This document shows positions 1 to 8,775 of a DNA stretch of 64,000 bases, piece by piece. The notes under the pieces are model-generated. The model saw only the letters and a program-made list of their open reading frames with translations. It made no database searches and was not told the DNA's origin. A program made the translations under genes and the position numbers. Position 1 is the first letter of the stretch; the number at the start of each line of letters is the position of its first letter. This DNA is from an uncultured Acidimicrobiia bacterium (GTDB taxonomy: Bacteria; Acidobacteriota; Terriglobia; Versatilivoradales; Versatilivoraceae), in the NCBI GenBank assembly GCA_963786955.1, contig CAWBAT010000003.1, positions 299,654 through 363,653 of the forward strand. The letters are read 5' to 3'.

Positions 1-1174
1 CTGTGTCCAATCAGACAGCTGGATTTACACCAGCGCCACCCAAGGCTCACAGCCCCCACCCAGCTTTAGCTGCTGAACAAGCGGGTCGGTTCAAACCGCA
101 CCTGATCTCGCAGCACATAATAACAGGCCCGCGCCAGCTTGTGAGCCAGGGCCTTAATTGCCAGCGTCCGATTGACGGCGGCTGTTTTCCGTTCCACAAA
201 TCGTCGGGCTGACCCATACGACCGGGCCGCGTGGGTCGCTGCCTCCACAAAGGCCCAGGCCAGATACCGGTTGCCGTTATGGCGGTTGTTCTCCCCTTTC
301 TTCTTCTGGTTGCTCAACCGGGTGCTGGCGACACAGCGGCAGTAAGAGGCGTAATCACCGACTTGAGGGAATCGCCCGATGTCGCCGGTCTCCAGCCAGA
401 TGGTCAGGGCGAGAATTGGTCCCACCCCATAGACACTTTGCAACAACTCAAAGGAGGCTTCCGGCTTGGCCTGGCTCTTGAGCTGTTTCTCAATGACCGC
501 AATCTGTTTGTCCAGAGCCTGGATCACCAGCAGCGAACTCTCCACCGCCAGCCTCCGTTCCCGGTCGGGAAACAACTCCCGAACCTCGGCGACACTCAGC
601 TGCCGAATCGGGGTGTCGGGACTGCGCCGTCCCTGGTGGCGACTCAACAGATTGTTGACGTGCAATAACTGACTGGTGCATTGCCTCACCAGAAAACTGC
701 GTTGTCGCAACAGATCTCTCAGTGGCCGCTGCCCAGCCGGGTAAATGTAGCCGGTTGGCAAAAGCTTCAGCCGCAGCATCTCCCCCAGCCAGCGCGCATC
801 TGACTTGTCGTCACTGTACTTGAGCCCCTGGTACTGCTGCATCGCATTCGGGTTGGCCAGCTTCACCGAGTAGCCCGCTTCCTTCAGTCCATCCACCAAC
901 CAGTACCAGTTGTAGGTCGACTCCACGGCCAGCTCCACAATCTGCTCTCGATACGGCTCTAGTTGCTCTAGCACCACCATCATCTCATTGGGCAACCGAC
1001 ACCGATGCACCACGATTCCTCCTTCGTCCAGCAGCACCAGATAACTGTTGTTGGCATGCAGATCGATTCCGCCATATAGTTTCATCAGAGGTCTCCTTTC
1101 GGGATTAAGTTCGGTACTTAACCCTGAGTCTATCCCATTCGGATAGACTCAGGAGGCCTTCTAGATGATTATCA
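1..1174 (-). mobile_element. IS110-family (IS1111-type) insertion sequence, copy A, truncated by the window edge
   Basis: Reverse complement of copy B (1799-2972). Left end CATGTC-TG|ATAATCATCTAGAAGGCCT, with the core at 1173-1174. Confidence 0.93.
66..1085 (-). CDS. IS110-family DEDD recombinase/transposase, 339 aa
   Basis: N-terminal GIDLH, VESTYNW and K-SDDKSDA DEDD motifs; C-terminal YGVG...ETGDIGRF and ALAHKLAR motifs. Identical to 1888-2907. Confidence 0.95.
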   Translation of the reverse strand: MKLYGGIDLHANNSYLVLLDEGGIVVHRCRLPNEMMVVLEQLEPYREQIVELAVESTYNWYWLVDGLKEAGYSVKLANPNAMQQYQGLKYSDDKSDARWLGEMLRLKLLPTGYIYPAGQRPLRDLLRQRSFLVRQCTSQLLHVNNLLSRHQGRRSPDTPIRQLSVAEVRELFPDRERRLAVESSLLVIQALDKQIAVIEKQLKSQAKPEASFELLQSVYGVGPILALTIWLETGDIGRFPQVGDYASYCRCVASTRLSNQKKKGENNRHNGNRYLAWAFVEAATHAARSYGSARRFVERKTAAVNRTLAIKALAHKLARACYYVLRDQVRFEPTRLFSS

Positions 1175-1199
1175 GACATGCGCAGTGTGCATGTCTGCG
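1173..1199. repeat. REP-like hairpin, target remnant of IS copy A
   Basis: CAGACATG-cgcagtgtg-CATGTCTGCG has the same stem as 1774-1800 with a different loop. Confidence 0.8.
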
Positions 1200-1367
1200 A
1201 GGAGAAAGAATGGTCATGGGTGCGCCACCCGGCGATTTCGGGAGTCATCTACTATTGTTTTCTGCTATTGCCTGCTCCGAGGTTCTGGGCCCACTGGCAA
1301 TTCTGGGGGGGCTTGTTATCTTTGTGCCTGTTGGAATATGTAAACTGCGTGGACGCAGACGTAGCAG

Positions 1368-1452
1368 GTAGCGCCGAGTTGATTTTCAACTCTGCGGCTA
1401 TTTGACACCGGAGAGGAGAAAAGCCGCGGACCCGAAAGTCGGGTCCGCGCTA
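1368..1452. repeat. Pair of GTAGCGC-type REP hairpins
   Basis: gtagcgccgagttgattttcaactctgcggct and aaagccgcggacccgaaagtcgggtccgcgctac; related hairpins occur at about 37100-37130 and 48518-48547. Confidence 0.6.
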
Positions 1453-1773
1453 CACTCGGGCAAAGCCGCGTCGCGGCGGCCTGTCTCTAGAATAGAGTGT
1501 TTGGCAAGGATCGCAGCTCCGTCAGGAGCGACCTGTTTGCAGCCATGCTCTGCGGGAAAATGGGGGGGCCGAGACCTGGAAAGCTGGTAGCCAAGATTGA
1601 CGCGCTTTTTGCGGCTATCGGGGGCTTGTACTCAGGTTATTCGCTGTCCACGATTGACCGGCATAACGTGCCGGTCAATCGTGGCTACCCATATTCTATG
1701 CCTCTACTAACTGTAAACCCGAGGACTCCTGCATCAGCTGAAGAGCCACTTTGTTGTTGAAACATTTATCTCA

Positions 1774-1800
1774 CGCAGACATGCGCAAACCACATGTCTG
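1774..1800 (+). repeat. REP-like hairpin, left half of the IS copy B target
   Basis: CGCAGACATG-cgcaaacca-CATGTC-TG. Rejoining it to 3475-3483 (CGCCACCCG) completes the stem CATGTCTGCG. Confidence 0.82.
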
Positions 1801-1819
1801 ATAATCATCTAGAAGGCCT

Positions 1820-1850
1820 CCTGAGTCTATCCGAATGGGATAGACTCAGG
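1820..1850 (+). promoter_or_regulatory. 13-bp perfect hairpin in the transposase leader
   Basis: CCTGAGTCTATCC-gaatg-GGATAGACTCAGG upstream of the AAGGAG RBS. Its function is inferred. Confidence 0.5.
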
Positions 1851-1887
1851 GTTAAGTACCGAACTTAATCCCGAAAGGAGACCTCTG

Positions 1888-2907
1888 ATGAAACTATATG
1901 GCGGAATCGATCTGCATGCCAACAACAGTTATCTGGTGCTGCTGGACGAAGGAGGAATCGTGGTGCATCGGTGTCGGTTGCCCAATGAGATGATGGTGGT
2001 GCTAGAGCAACTAGAGCCGTATCGAGAGCAGATTGTGGAGCTGGCCGTGGAGTCGACCTACAACTGGTACTGGTTGGTGGATGGACTGAAGGAAGCGGGC
2101 TACTCGGTGAAGCTGGCCAACCCGAATGCGATGCAGCAGTACCAGGGGCTCAAGTACAGTGACGACAAGTCAGATGCGCGCTGGCTGGGGGAGATGCTGC
2201 GGCTGAAGCTTTTGCCAACCGGCTACATTTACCCGGCTGGGCAGCGGCCACTGAGAGATCTGTTGCGACAACGCAGTTTTCTGGTGAGGCAATGCACCAG
2301 TCAGTTATTGCACGTCAACAATCTGTTGAGTCGCCACCAGGGACGGCGCAGTCCCGACACCCCGATTCGGCAGCTGAGTGTCGCCGAGGTTCGGGAGTTG
2401 TTTCCCGACCGGGAACGGAGGCTGGCGGTGGAGAGTTCGCTGCTGGTGATCCAGGCTCTGGACAAACAGATTGCGGTCATTGAGAAACAGCTCAAGAGCC
2501 AGGCCAAGCCGGAAGCCTCCTTTGAGTTGTTGCAAAGTGTCTATGGGGTGGGACCAATTCTCGCCCTGACCATCTGGCTGGAGACCGGCGACATCGGGCG
2601 ATTCCCTCAAGTCGGTGATTACGCCTCTTACTGCCGCTGTGTCGCCAGCACCCGGTTGAGCAACCAGAAGAAGAAAGGGGAGAACAACCGCCATAACGGC
2701 AACCGGTATCTGGCCTGGGCCTTTGTGGAGGCAGCGACCCACGCGGCCCGGTCGTATGGGTCAGCCCGACGATTTGTGGAACGGAAAACAGCCGCCGTCA
2801 ATCGGACGCTGGCAATTAAGGCCCTGGCTCACAAGCTGGCGCGGGCCTGTTATTATGTGCTGCGAGATCAGGTGCGGTTTGAACCGACCCGCTTGTTCAG
2901 CAGCTAA
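1888..2907 (+). CDS. IS110-family DEDD recombinase/transposase, 339 aa
   Basis: Same motifs as copy A; RBS AAGGAG upstream. Confidence 0.95.
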   Translation: MKLYGGIDLHANNSYLVLLDEGGIVVHRCRLPNEMMVVLEQLEPYREQIVELAVESTYNWYWLVDGLKEAGYSVKLANPNAMQQYQGLKYSDDKSDARWLGEMLRLKLLPTGYIYPAGQRPLRDLLRQRSFLVRQCTSQLLHVNNLLSRHQGRRSPDTPIRQLSVAEVRELFPDRERRLAVESSLLVIQALDKQIAVIEKQLKSQAKPEASFELLQSVYGVGPILALTIWLETGDIGRFPQVGDYASYCRCVASTRLSNQKKKGENNRHNGNRYLAWAFVEAATHAARSYGSARRFVERKTAAVNRTLAIKALAHKLARACYYVLRDQVRFEPTRLFSS

Positions 2908-2910
2908 AGC

Positions 2911-3200
2911 TGGGTGGGGGCTGTGAGCCTTGGGTGGCGCTGGTGTAAATCCAGCTGTCTGATTGGACACAGTCCCCGTCCCGATATAGGCTGATGTTTT
3001 CGAGCACGCCCAGACCGCGAGCCTGCCCGGCGCTGGTCCAAGCCGGTTGGCTTGGAGAACCACCGATTCTGTGACCCGGTCACGCCCATTGGACACGGTC
3101 TGGTACCAACGATTTTCTGGGGCGCCGCACGGCGCCAGGGGCTAATGAGGCCAATGGTCCTCGATAGCCTTGATCCTGATGGGTGCATGGACGGACTCGA
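2911..3200 (+). ncRNA. Predicted seekRNA/bridge RNA of the IS1111-type element
   Basis: GGGTGGCGC (2932-2940) is the bottom strand of the target right half and TGTCTG (2956-2961) the top strand of the target left half, both inside a stem-loop. ATGGGTG (3179-3185) matches the donor right end. RNA boundaries are approximate. Confidence 0.8.
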
Positions 3201-3450
3201 TACGAGCCGATCCTCAAGCAAGAAAACCCTGGGTGCGTGGTTCAAAAACTCGGCCGGGATCCTTCCGCCTTCTCCAGTTCGAATCATGGCTGGAGAAAGC
3301 TAAGGAATTTAGCCCGTAGACCCAGCTAAGGCCGCCGGTAGACAGCGTACGGTCCTCGATGAGCCGCTAGCTCTGAAGATCGAGAAAGGAATCTGGCAAG
3401 GGAGCCTTTGCAAAAAAGTCTACGTCGCACTCAAGGGGTAGTTTGTTCTA

Positions 3451-3474
3451 TTGACAAAGGCCTTCTAATGGGTG
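3451..3474 (+). promoter_or_regulatory. -35 half of the circle-junction promoter
   Basis: TTGACA at 3451-3456. Joining the right and left ends through the TG core gives TTGACA-17 bp-GATAAT. Confidence 0.8.
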
Positions 3475-3522
3475 CGCCACCCGAGATTTACGGGAACACC
3501 AATCTTCAAATATGATAAGGCT

Positions 3523-4098
3523 TCATTTTCGACCAGCAGCGTCAATGCTATTGGTTGGATCTGCTCCCTCCAAGTGAAACATCGGCGGTCGGTCCATAGG
3601 TCGAAGGGACATCCTTCTCCAGCAGCCGCAAGTAAACCGTGAGTTGCGTTCGATGATGGGCTGTATGCAGGACTCGCGCCAGAAGATCCAAATTCTTTCC
3701 CTTTCCACATCAAAAAAACAAACTTTCTCGAGCCACCAAGGTTCTTCCTTAGCGGCGAGAAAATTCAATCGTGGCACTGCCAACTCCACCAGGCGGGAAG
3801 CAAAATCTCCCGGCGTTTCCTGGGCGAGTAGGATCTGAGCGGGAGCAGGTTCTGGAGAGTCTAAAAACTCTCCAAAAAATCGCCGCTCTGAGAGGAGTTG
3901 ATGTTTCAGGATCTCGAGCACACTGCTGGATCGTGGATGTGGCTTAAAACTCAAATCATCTAAGGTGAACTTTCCCCAAACCGAGGCGACTTTATTTGTC
4001 TCACTGACATAGGTGTCCAGAAGATGCTGGAATTGCGGGGAAATGGCTGGGGGAATCTTCGAATCTGGAATTGAAATGGTGGAGTAACCCATAGACAT
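3523..4098 (-). CDS. DinB/YfiT-family protein, frameshifted near the C-terminus
   Basis: F(K)PHPRS...LKHQLLSERRFF and RERIWIFWR; the HTAHHRTQL motif continues in another frame. Confidence 0.75.
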   Translation of the reverse strand: MSMGYSTISIPDSKIPPAISPQFQHLLDTYVSETNKVASVWGKFTLDDLSFKPHPRSSSVLEILKHQLLSERRFFGEFLDSPEPAPAQILLAQETPGDFASRLVELAVPRLNFLAAKEEPWWLEKVCFFDVERERIWIFWRESCIQPIIERNSRFTCGCWRRMSLRPMDRPPMFHLEGADPTNSIDAAGRK

Positions 4099-4420
4099 TT
4101 ATTATACCCCTGTAAAGATGACCAGAATGGCCCGTATACTGCGAAGCAAAAACTTCTTCATGCTAGCAACCCATGGCGAAACGTCAACCAAGGTACTATT
4201 GTCCCACCGCACATTGCGGCAATATATGTCGTGATTGCGTGCTCTCTTTCTACCCTCCAAGAACCCAGTGGGATCATAGCCTTGGGGCCTGTTTCAGGGT
4301 AAACAGTGGCTTCTGAATGTCCCCCATTTTATTGGACACAAATGATGCGAGATTATAGGATGTCGGCCTAATAATGAACCGCTCACTTGGAACGATCCGT
4401 CTTCGCAATAGGAAAAGGGA

Positions 4421-5776
4421 ATGAGTTCGGGAAACAGCTCTACTGTCAGTAGCCAGCGGAATGCTTTCGCACGTTTCTTTAAGTCTGAAGCAACGAGCAG
4501 CATCCTTCTTCTGTTGTGTACGATTGTCGCCCTCCTGTGGGCGAACTCTTCAAGATCCGAGCTGTATAGTCATATTCTCCAAACTAAGGTTGGGCTTTCA
4601 TGGGGGGATTCGAAGTTTGCGTTGTCTCTGCACCACTGGATTAATGACGGCTTGATGACCTTGTTCTTCTTCATCGTCGGTTTGGAAATCAAGCGAGAAA
4701 TCGTGGTCGGCCAACTCTCATCTTTCAAGAAGGCCGTTCTCCCTGTCGCTGCGGCCGTAGGTGGCATGGTTGTGCCCGCGCTGATCTACCTGAGTCTCAA
4801 CGCTGGAAGCGAAGGGGCTCGCGGATGGGGCATTGCCATGGCGACGGATATTGCCTTTGCCATTGGAATTTTGTCCCTGCTGGGTTCGCGCGTCCCGGTG
4901 GGCCTCAAACTGTTTCTCACGGCTCTAGCCATTACGGACGACCTGGGAGCCGTTCTCGTGATCGCCGTGTTCTATACGGACCATATACGAGTAGGGGCAC
5001 TGTTCGCCGCGGCTGTCTTTCTCGCTCTGCTGGTTGTCGCGCAACGGTTGGGAATCCGGCTTGCCTCTGTTTATGCGGTCCTGGCTATTGGTGTCTGGGT
5101 GGCGATTGTGATGTCCGGTGTGCATGCCACCGTGGCAGGGATTCTCGTCGCCATGGTTGTGCCGGTACGCCCACGCATTGAGCCCAAGAAATTCCTCAGC
5201 ATTGCCCGTGACCGCATTGGAACCCTTGAAAACAATCTCGCATCTGAGAGCACGACTCTTGTTCGAGAGCAGATCGATGCCATCGAAACATTGCATATTG
5301 CCACGAAGGACGTGATCCCAGCTGGACTCTCATTTGAGCACTATCTCCATCCGGTGACGGCCTACGTCATCATCCCGTTATTCGCGCTCTTCAACGCCGG
5401 TGTAGCGGTCAACGCCGGTGTCGTCAGTGCGTTCGTCAATCCCGTCAGTCTCGGCGTTCTCATGGGTCTCTTCGTGGGTAAGCAGGTCGGGGTCACCCTT
5501 GCAAGTTGGATTGCGATTCGCCTTCGTGCAGCCGAAATGCCTCCGGGAGTCACTTGGGGACAGATCTATGGAGCGGCCATCTTGGCGGGAATTGGTTTTA
5601 CGATGTCGCTTTTTGTCGCGGATCTCGCTTTTCCGAGCGGGACTCTGATTGGCCCGGCCAAGCTGGGCATCCTGGCCGCTTCAACACTGGCTGGCGTTGC
5701 GGGATATGGAGTACTCCGCATCGCCTTACGGAAGGTGGCTAAGCCGGCCAATATGCCATCAAGCTCCCTTCACTAA
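4421..5776 (+). CDS. nhaA: Na+/H+ antiporter NhaA
   Basis: HWINDGLM, GLEIKRE, ATDIAFA, LAITDDLGA, SGVHAT and GIGFTMSLF motifs. Confidence 0.95.
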   Translation: MSSGNSSTVSSQRNAFARFFKSEATSSILLLLCTIVALLWANSSRSELYSHILQTKVGLSWGDSKFALSLHHWINDGLMTLFFFIVGLEIKREIVVGQLSSFKKAVLPVAAAVGGMVVPALIYLSLNAGSEGARGWGIAMATDIAFAIGILSLLGSRVPVGLKLFLTALAITDDLGAVLVIAVFYTDHIRVGALFAAAVFLALLVVAQRLGIRLASVYAVLAIGVWVAIVMSGVHATVAGILVAMVVPVRPRIEPKKFLSIARDRIGTLENNLASESTTLVREQIDAIETLHIATKDVIPAGLSFEHYLHPVTAYVIIPLFALFNAGVAVNAGVVSAFVNPVSLGVLMGLFVGKQVGVTLASWIAIRLRAAEMPPGVTWGQIYGAAILAGIGFTMSLFVADLAFPSGTLIGPAKLGILAASTLAGVAGYGVLRIALRKVAKPANMPSSSLH

Positions 5777-5780
5777 ACTC

Positions 5781-6455
5781 TCACTTGACCAAACCACGTT
5801 TTCCCATCTCCTTGTAAATCGCCTTGGCGATCCCCGCCACAGCGTCTTCGATAGATTTTGGATTCGTGGTTTGAGTCACGCTGGTCCAGAGCAGTTTGTC
5901 ATCCTTGATCGAGTAAATGGTTGTTTCCACTTGGTAAATCTTATCGGTGTAGACGTAACCCGGGTCATATAGGGACGACCAGGCCCAGCCATAATATCCC
6001 CAAAAAGTTCCATAATAGGGTGGATAGGCTCCGGGTACATAGGTGACCTTGTCCTGAGCTCGAAGCAGGCGCATGACGACCGCTCCATCAAATCCTAACT
6101 GCTGGATTTTCTGTTTGGCCTGATCTTTATTGAGGAAATCTGATTCATTAAGGACATTATAGGCTTGGAACGGATTGCCCTTTTTGATCTCAAAGGCCAT
6201 GTAGTTTTCTACTATTTGACGATTCCCCGGGTCCTTGGCAATGCAAATAGTCAAAATATGGTTAAAAGAATAATTTCCGATACCGGGAGCTGCCCAACTC
6301 TGAATCAGCTTGGTGCCAGCCCAAACTTCGGGGAGAACAGGGGTGGTCCCAAAAAGCATTAGAAACAAAACACACCGAACAAAGAACAGACGCACAGGAA
6401 ACCTCCTATTTAAATAATGAATATTTCTTATCTCTTCTTCTATTTTGGATGACAT
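5781..6455 (-). CDS. Hypothetical exported protein (DUF4136-like)
   Basis: Hydrophobic N-terminus, Y/G/W-rich segment, ETTIYS...KLLW motif. Start codon uncertain. Confidence 0.6.
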   Translation of the reverse strand: MSSKIEEEIRNIHYLNRRFPVRLFFVRCVLFLMLFGTTPVLPEVWAGTKLIQSWAAPGIGNYSFNHILTICIAKDPGNRQIVENYMAFEIKKGNPFQAYNVLNESDFLNKDQAKQKIQQLGFDGAVVMRLLRAQDKVTYVPGAYPPYYGTFWGYYGWAWSSLYDPGYVYTDKIYQVETTIYSIKDDKLLWTSVTQTTNPKSIEDAVAGIAKAIYKEMGKRGLVK

Positions 6456-6555
6456 TCGTGTCCACTCGTGAATTGGCTAGTTATTGTCGCAGAGTTGTCA
6501 AACACTGAAATGACCAGCCAGGATTTTAAGTATCCTGTTTTATGCAATTCATCTC

Positions 6556-6760
6556 AACCACAAAGAGCACAGAGAGAGAGAGGCGTCAAACCTTGTGCTC
6601 TGAACGGTCACCCAAGAGCTAGTCTAAGGATGTCTCTCTCCTGTAGTTTGTCAAACCATTTGCGAACATTCGCCGTGGCGGTAGAACGGTGCTGGCCACG
6701 CTTTCATATCCACCATCAGCTCCCAGAGGTCTATGCGCTCTTTGCGTTCTTTGTGGTCAA
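6556..6760. repeat. ~205-bp MITE-like repeat, copy 1
   Basis: Near-identical to 7342-7553. Ends aaccacaaagagcacagaga and tgcgctctttgcgttctttgtggt are imperfect inverted repeats. Confidence 0.88.
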
Positions 6761-6924
6761 ATCAACCCCTGGTTCCGTCAACAAATAGAGTTCACGTTTG
6801 ATCTCAGCTTTCAGCTCAGCCTCAGTGGGCAGATAGAGCTTGTAGCGGCTGGTAAAGATCTTCTGTCGTTGCGGTTTATGACATCACAACTACAAAGAAC
6901 GGAAAGGATTCCTTGCCCTGCGAT

Positions 6925-7323
6925 CTAGGCGTTCTTTGAGGCTACCTTCCCCTCCGTCCAGACAAACTTACGGATTTGAAACTTGTAAGAGCCAAAGTTG
7001 ATCAGGAGCCCGTGCTCTAGACGCGTCGACTTCAAATAGCCGAGAATCTGTGCCTCGTGTTCGGATGCCAAGGCCTTGGCTGTCTTGAGTTCGACAATCA
7101 AGGTCCCTTCCACGATCAAATCTGCCAGGTACTCTCCGATCAGGGTGCTGTCTTCATCATAAACTTTGATGGGGAATTGCTGTTTCACATCGAGACCCGT
7201 CTTGCGAAGCCGATGAGCAAGAGCATTCTCATAGACTTTCTCCAGATGCCCATGCCCGTGGTAGATATGAATGTCATAAGCCGTCTGCCGAACAAAATCG
7301 CACAATTGGTGAATGTCTTTCAA
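6925..7323 (-). CDS. GxxExxY protein (PD-(D/E)XK nuclease-like)
   Basis: GHLEKVY, ADLIVEG..IVELK, AQILGYLK and GLLINFG motifs. Likely TTG start at 7323 after an AAGAGGTG RBS. Confidence 0.9.
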   Translation of the reverse strand: MKDIHQLCDFVRQTAYDIHIYHGHGHLEKVYENALAHRLRKTGLDVKQQFPIKVYDEDSTLIGEYLADLIVEGTLIVELKTAKALASEHEAQILGYLKSTRLEHGLLINFGSYKFQIRKFVWTEGKVASKNA

Positions 7324-7341
7324 CCGACACCTCTTATTAAT

Positions 7342-7553
7342 AACCGCAAAGAACACAAAGAGCACAGAGAGAGAGGCGTCAAACCTTGTGCTCTGAACGG
7401 TCACCCAAGAGCTAGTCTAAGGATGTCTCTCTCCTGTAGTTTGTCAACCCATTTGCGAACATTCGCTGTGGCGGTAGAACGGTGCTGGCCACGCTTTCAT
7501 ATTCACCATCAGCTCCCAGAGGTCTATGTGCTCTTTGGGTTCTTTGCGGTCAA
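7342..7553. repeat. ~210-bp MITE-like repeat, copy 2
   Basis: Direct repeat of 6556-6760, with terminal inverted repeats accgcaaagaacacaaagagcac / gtgctctttgggttctttgcggt. Confidence 0.88.
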
Positions 7554-7609
7554 GTTCCCTCTGGTACGAATTCTCAAGATAAATTAATCACGAACAACCT
7601 ATGAAAGGA

Positions 7610-8747
7610 TCAACTCTTCGCCCGAAATCGGGCCGGTGCAAACTCATTGACCAGAGTGTGCTCCCGAGACTGTAAGATCATACTGGCTGCCAGCACTCCC
7701 ACCGAATAGCTGACGGTCACTCCATGCCCGCCCAACCCCGCAACCCAGAAGAACCCCTCAAGCTTTGGATCCCAACCAATGACGAATCGTCGATCCGGGG
7801 CGAAAGTTCTCAGGCCGCACCAGGAATTACGAATGGGCAAGTCGGCCAACTTGGGAAAGTATTGTATCGTCTTGTGTGCCAATAGTTCTAATACAGCGGG
7901 GTCCTGTGTGGGAAGACCTGGTTTCTGGAGTGACTCATCGCAAGGGCTGAGGAGTAATCCACCGGATTCAGGGCGGAAATAGATTTCATGGGAAACATCC
8001 CAGACAATGGGCCAATCGGAAGAGACCCAATCGAGAGCATCGGTGACGAATAGATGCCGTCGAAAAGGCGACAAGGAAATAGGAGTGGCACCAGCCAGAG
8101 TGCCGACCTCTCCGGCCCAGGCACCGGCTGCATCAACCAGTATGTCGGTTTCGAATTCGTGGGCTTCAGTTTGGACGGCGGCGACACGATTTCCCCGGGT
8201 AATGGATGGCCGTCTATTTTCTCGGAAAACCGCACCTCCGCCCCCAAGGCCATGGCTGCTCCGAGATACCCATGGATGAGAGCATGGATGTCAATGACTC
8301 CATCATTGGGACACCAGACTCCACCGACTGTGGGGGAGCCTTCCAGGACAGGCACTTTCGCGATAATCTGATCCAGCGGCAACCATTCCACTTCAATGCC
8401 CGAACGTTTAGCCAGGAGAGCATCATTTTGAAGCTGCTTCGCACCCTCTCTCGTCTGCGAGCAGGAAAGACCCGGTTTGTTGGAACGCAGGTTTCTATAG
8501 GCCACGAATCGGGCAAATGGCGCAGAAAAGCCGCTCCTCCTCGGGCCATTGCACTGGCGGGTTCCCCAGAGATGACTTGTCGAACCATGGCCGCATTCCG
8601 TCCGGAAGCATGCATTCCAGGAACGGCTTCCTGCTCCAAAACAATGACATTGTTCATGCCCATCTGGGTCAAGTGATAGGCCGTGGCCGCACCCGCGAAT
8701 CCTGCCCCACGATGACACAACGCTTTTGGGTCATCCCATGAACTCAT
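7610..8747 (-). CDS. FAD-dependent oxidoreductase (DAO/glycine oxidase family), frameshifted
   Basis: GAGFAGAATAY, ASGRNA, DGVID, GLRTFAPD and GLGGHG motifs spread over three frames. Confidence 0.8.
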
Positions 8748-8775
8748 ACAACCTTTACCTTTCAAGCCTCCAACT

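Larger units (their letters stand above)
1799..3474 (+). mobile_element. Complete IS110-family (IS1111-type) insertion sequence, copy B, ~1.68 kb
   Basis: Sub-terminal inverted repeats TAGAAGGCCT (1810-1819) and AGGCCTTCTA (3458-3467). TG core at both ends (1799-1800, 3473-3474). Long downstream non-coding region. Confidence 0.92.

Noticed and set aside
1165-1760. Short ORFs in the spacer as composite-transposon cargo
   Set aside because: They overlap REP hairpins, lack clear RBSs and resemble no family I recognise.
1-2972. Inverted duplication as a fold-back read artefact
   Set aside because: Symmetry stops at the IS end and target stem, and the hairpin loops and 624-bp spacer are not palindromic. 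Read-level confirmation is still desirable.
2761-3303. ORFs of 83-127 aa in the IS downstream region
   Set aside because: The region is better explained as structured guide RNA, and the ORFs show no protein motifs.
6468-7587. Paralogous plus-strand ORFs (106 and 176 aa) sharing a peptide
   Set aside because: The shared peptide is simply the translation of the ~210-bp non-coding repeat.
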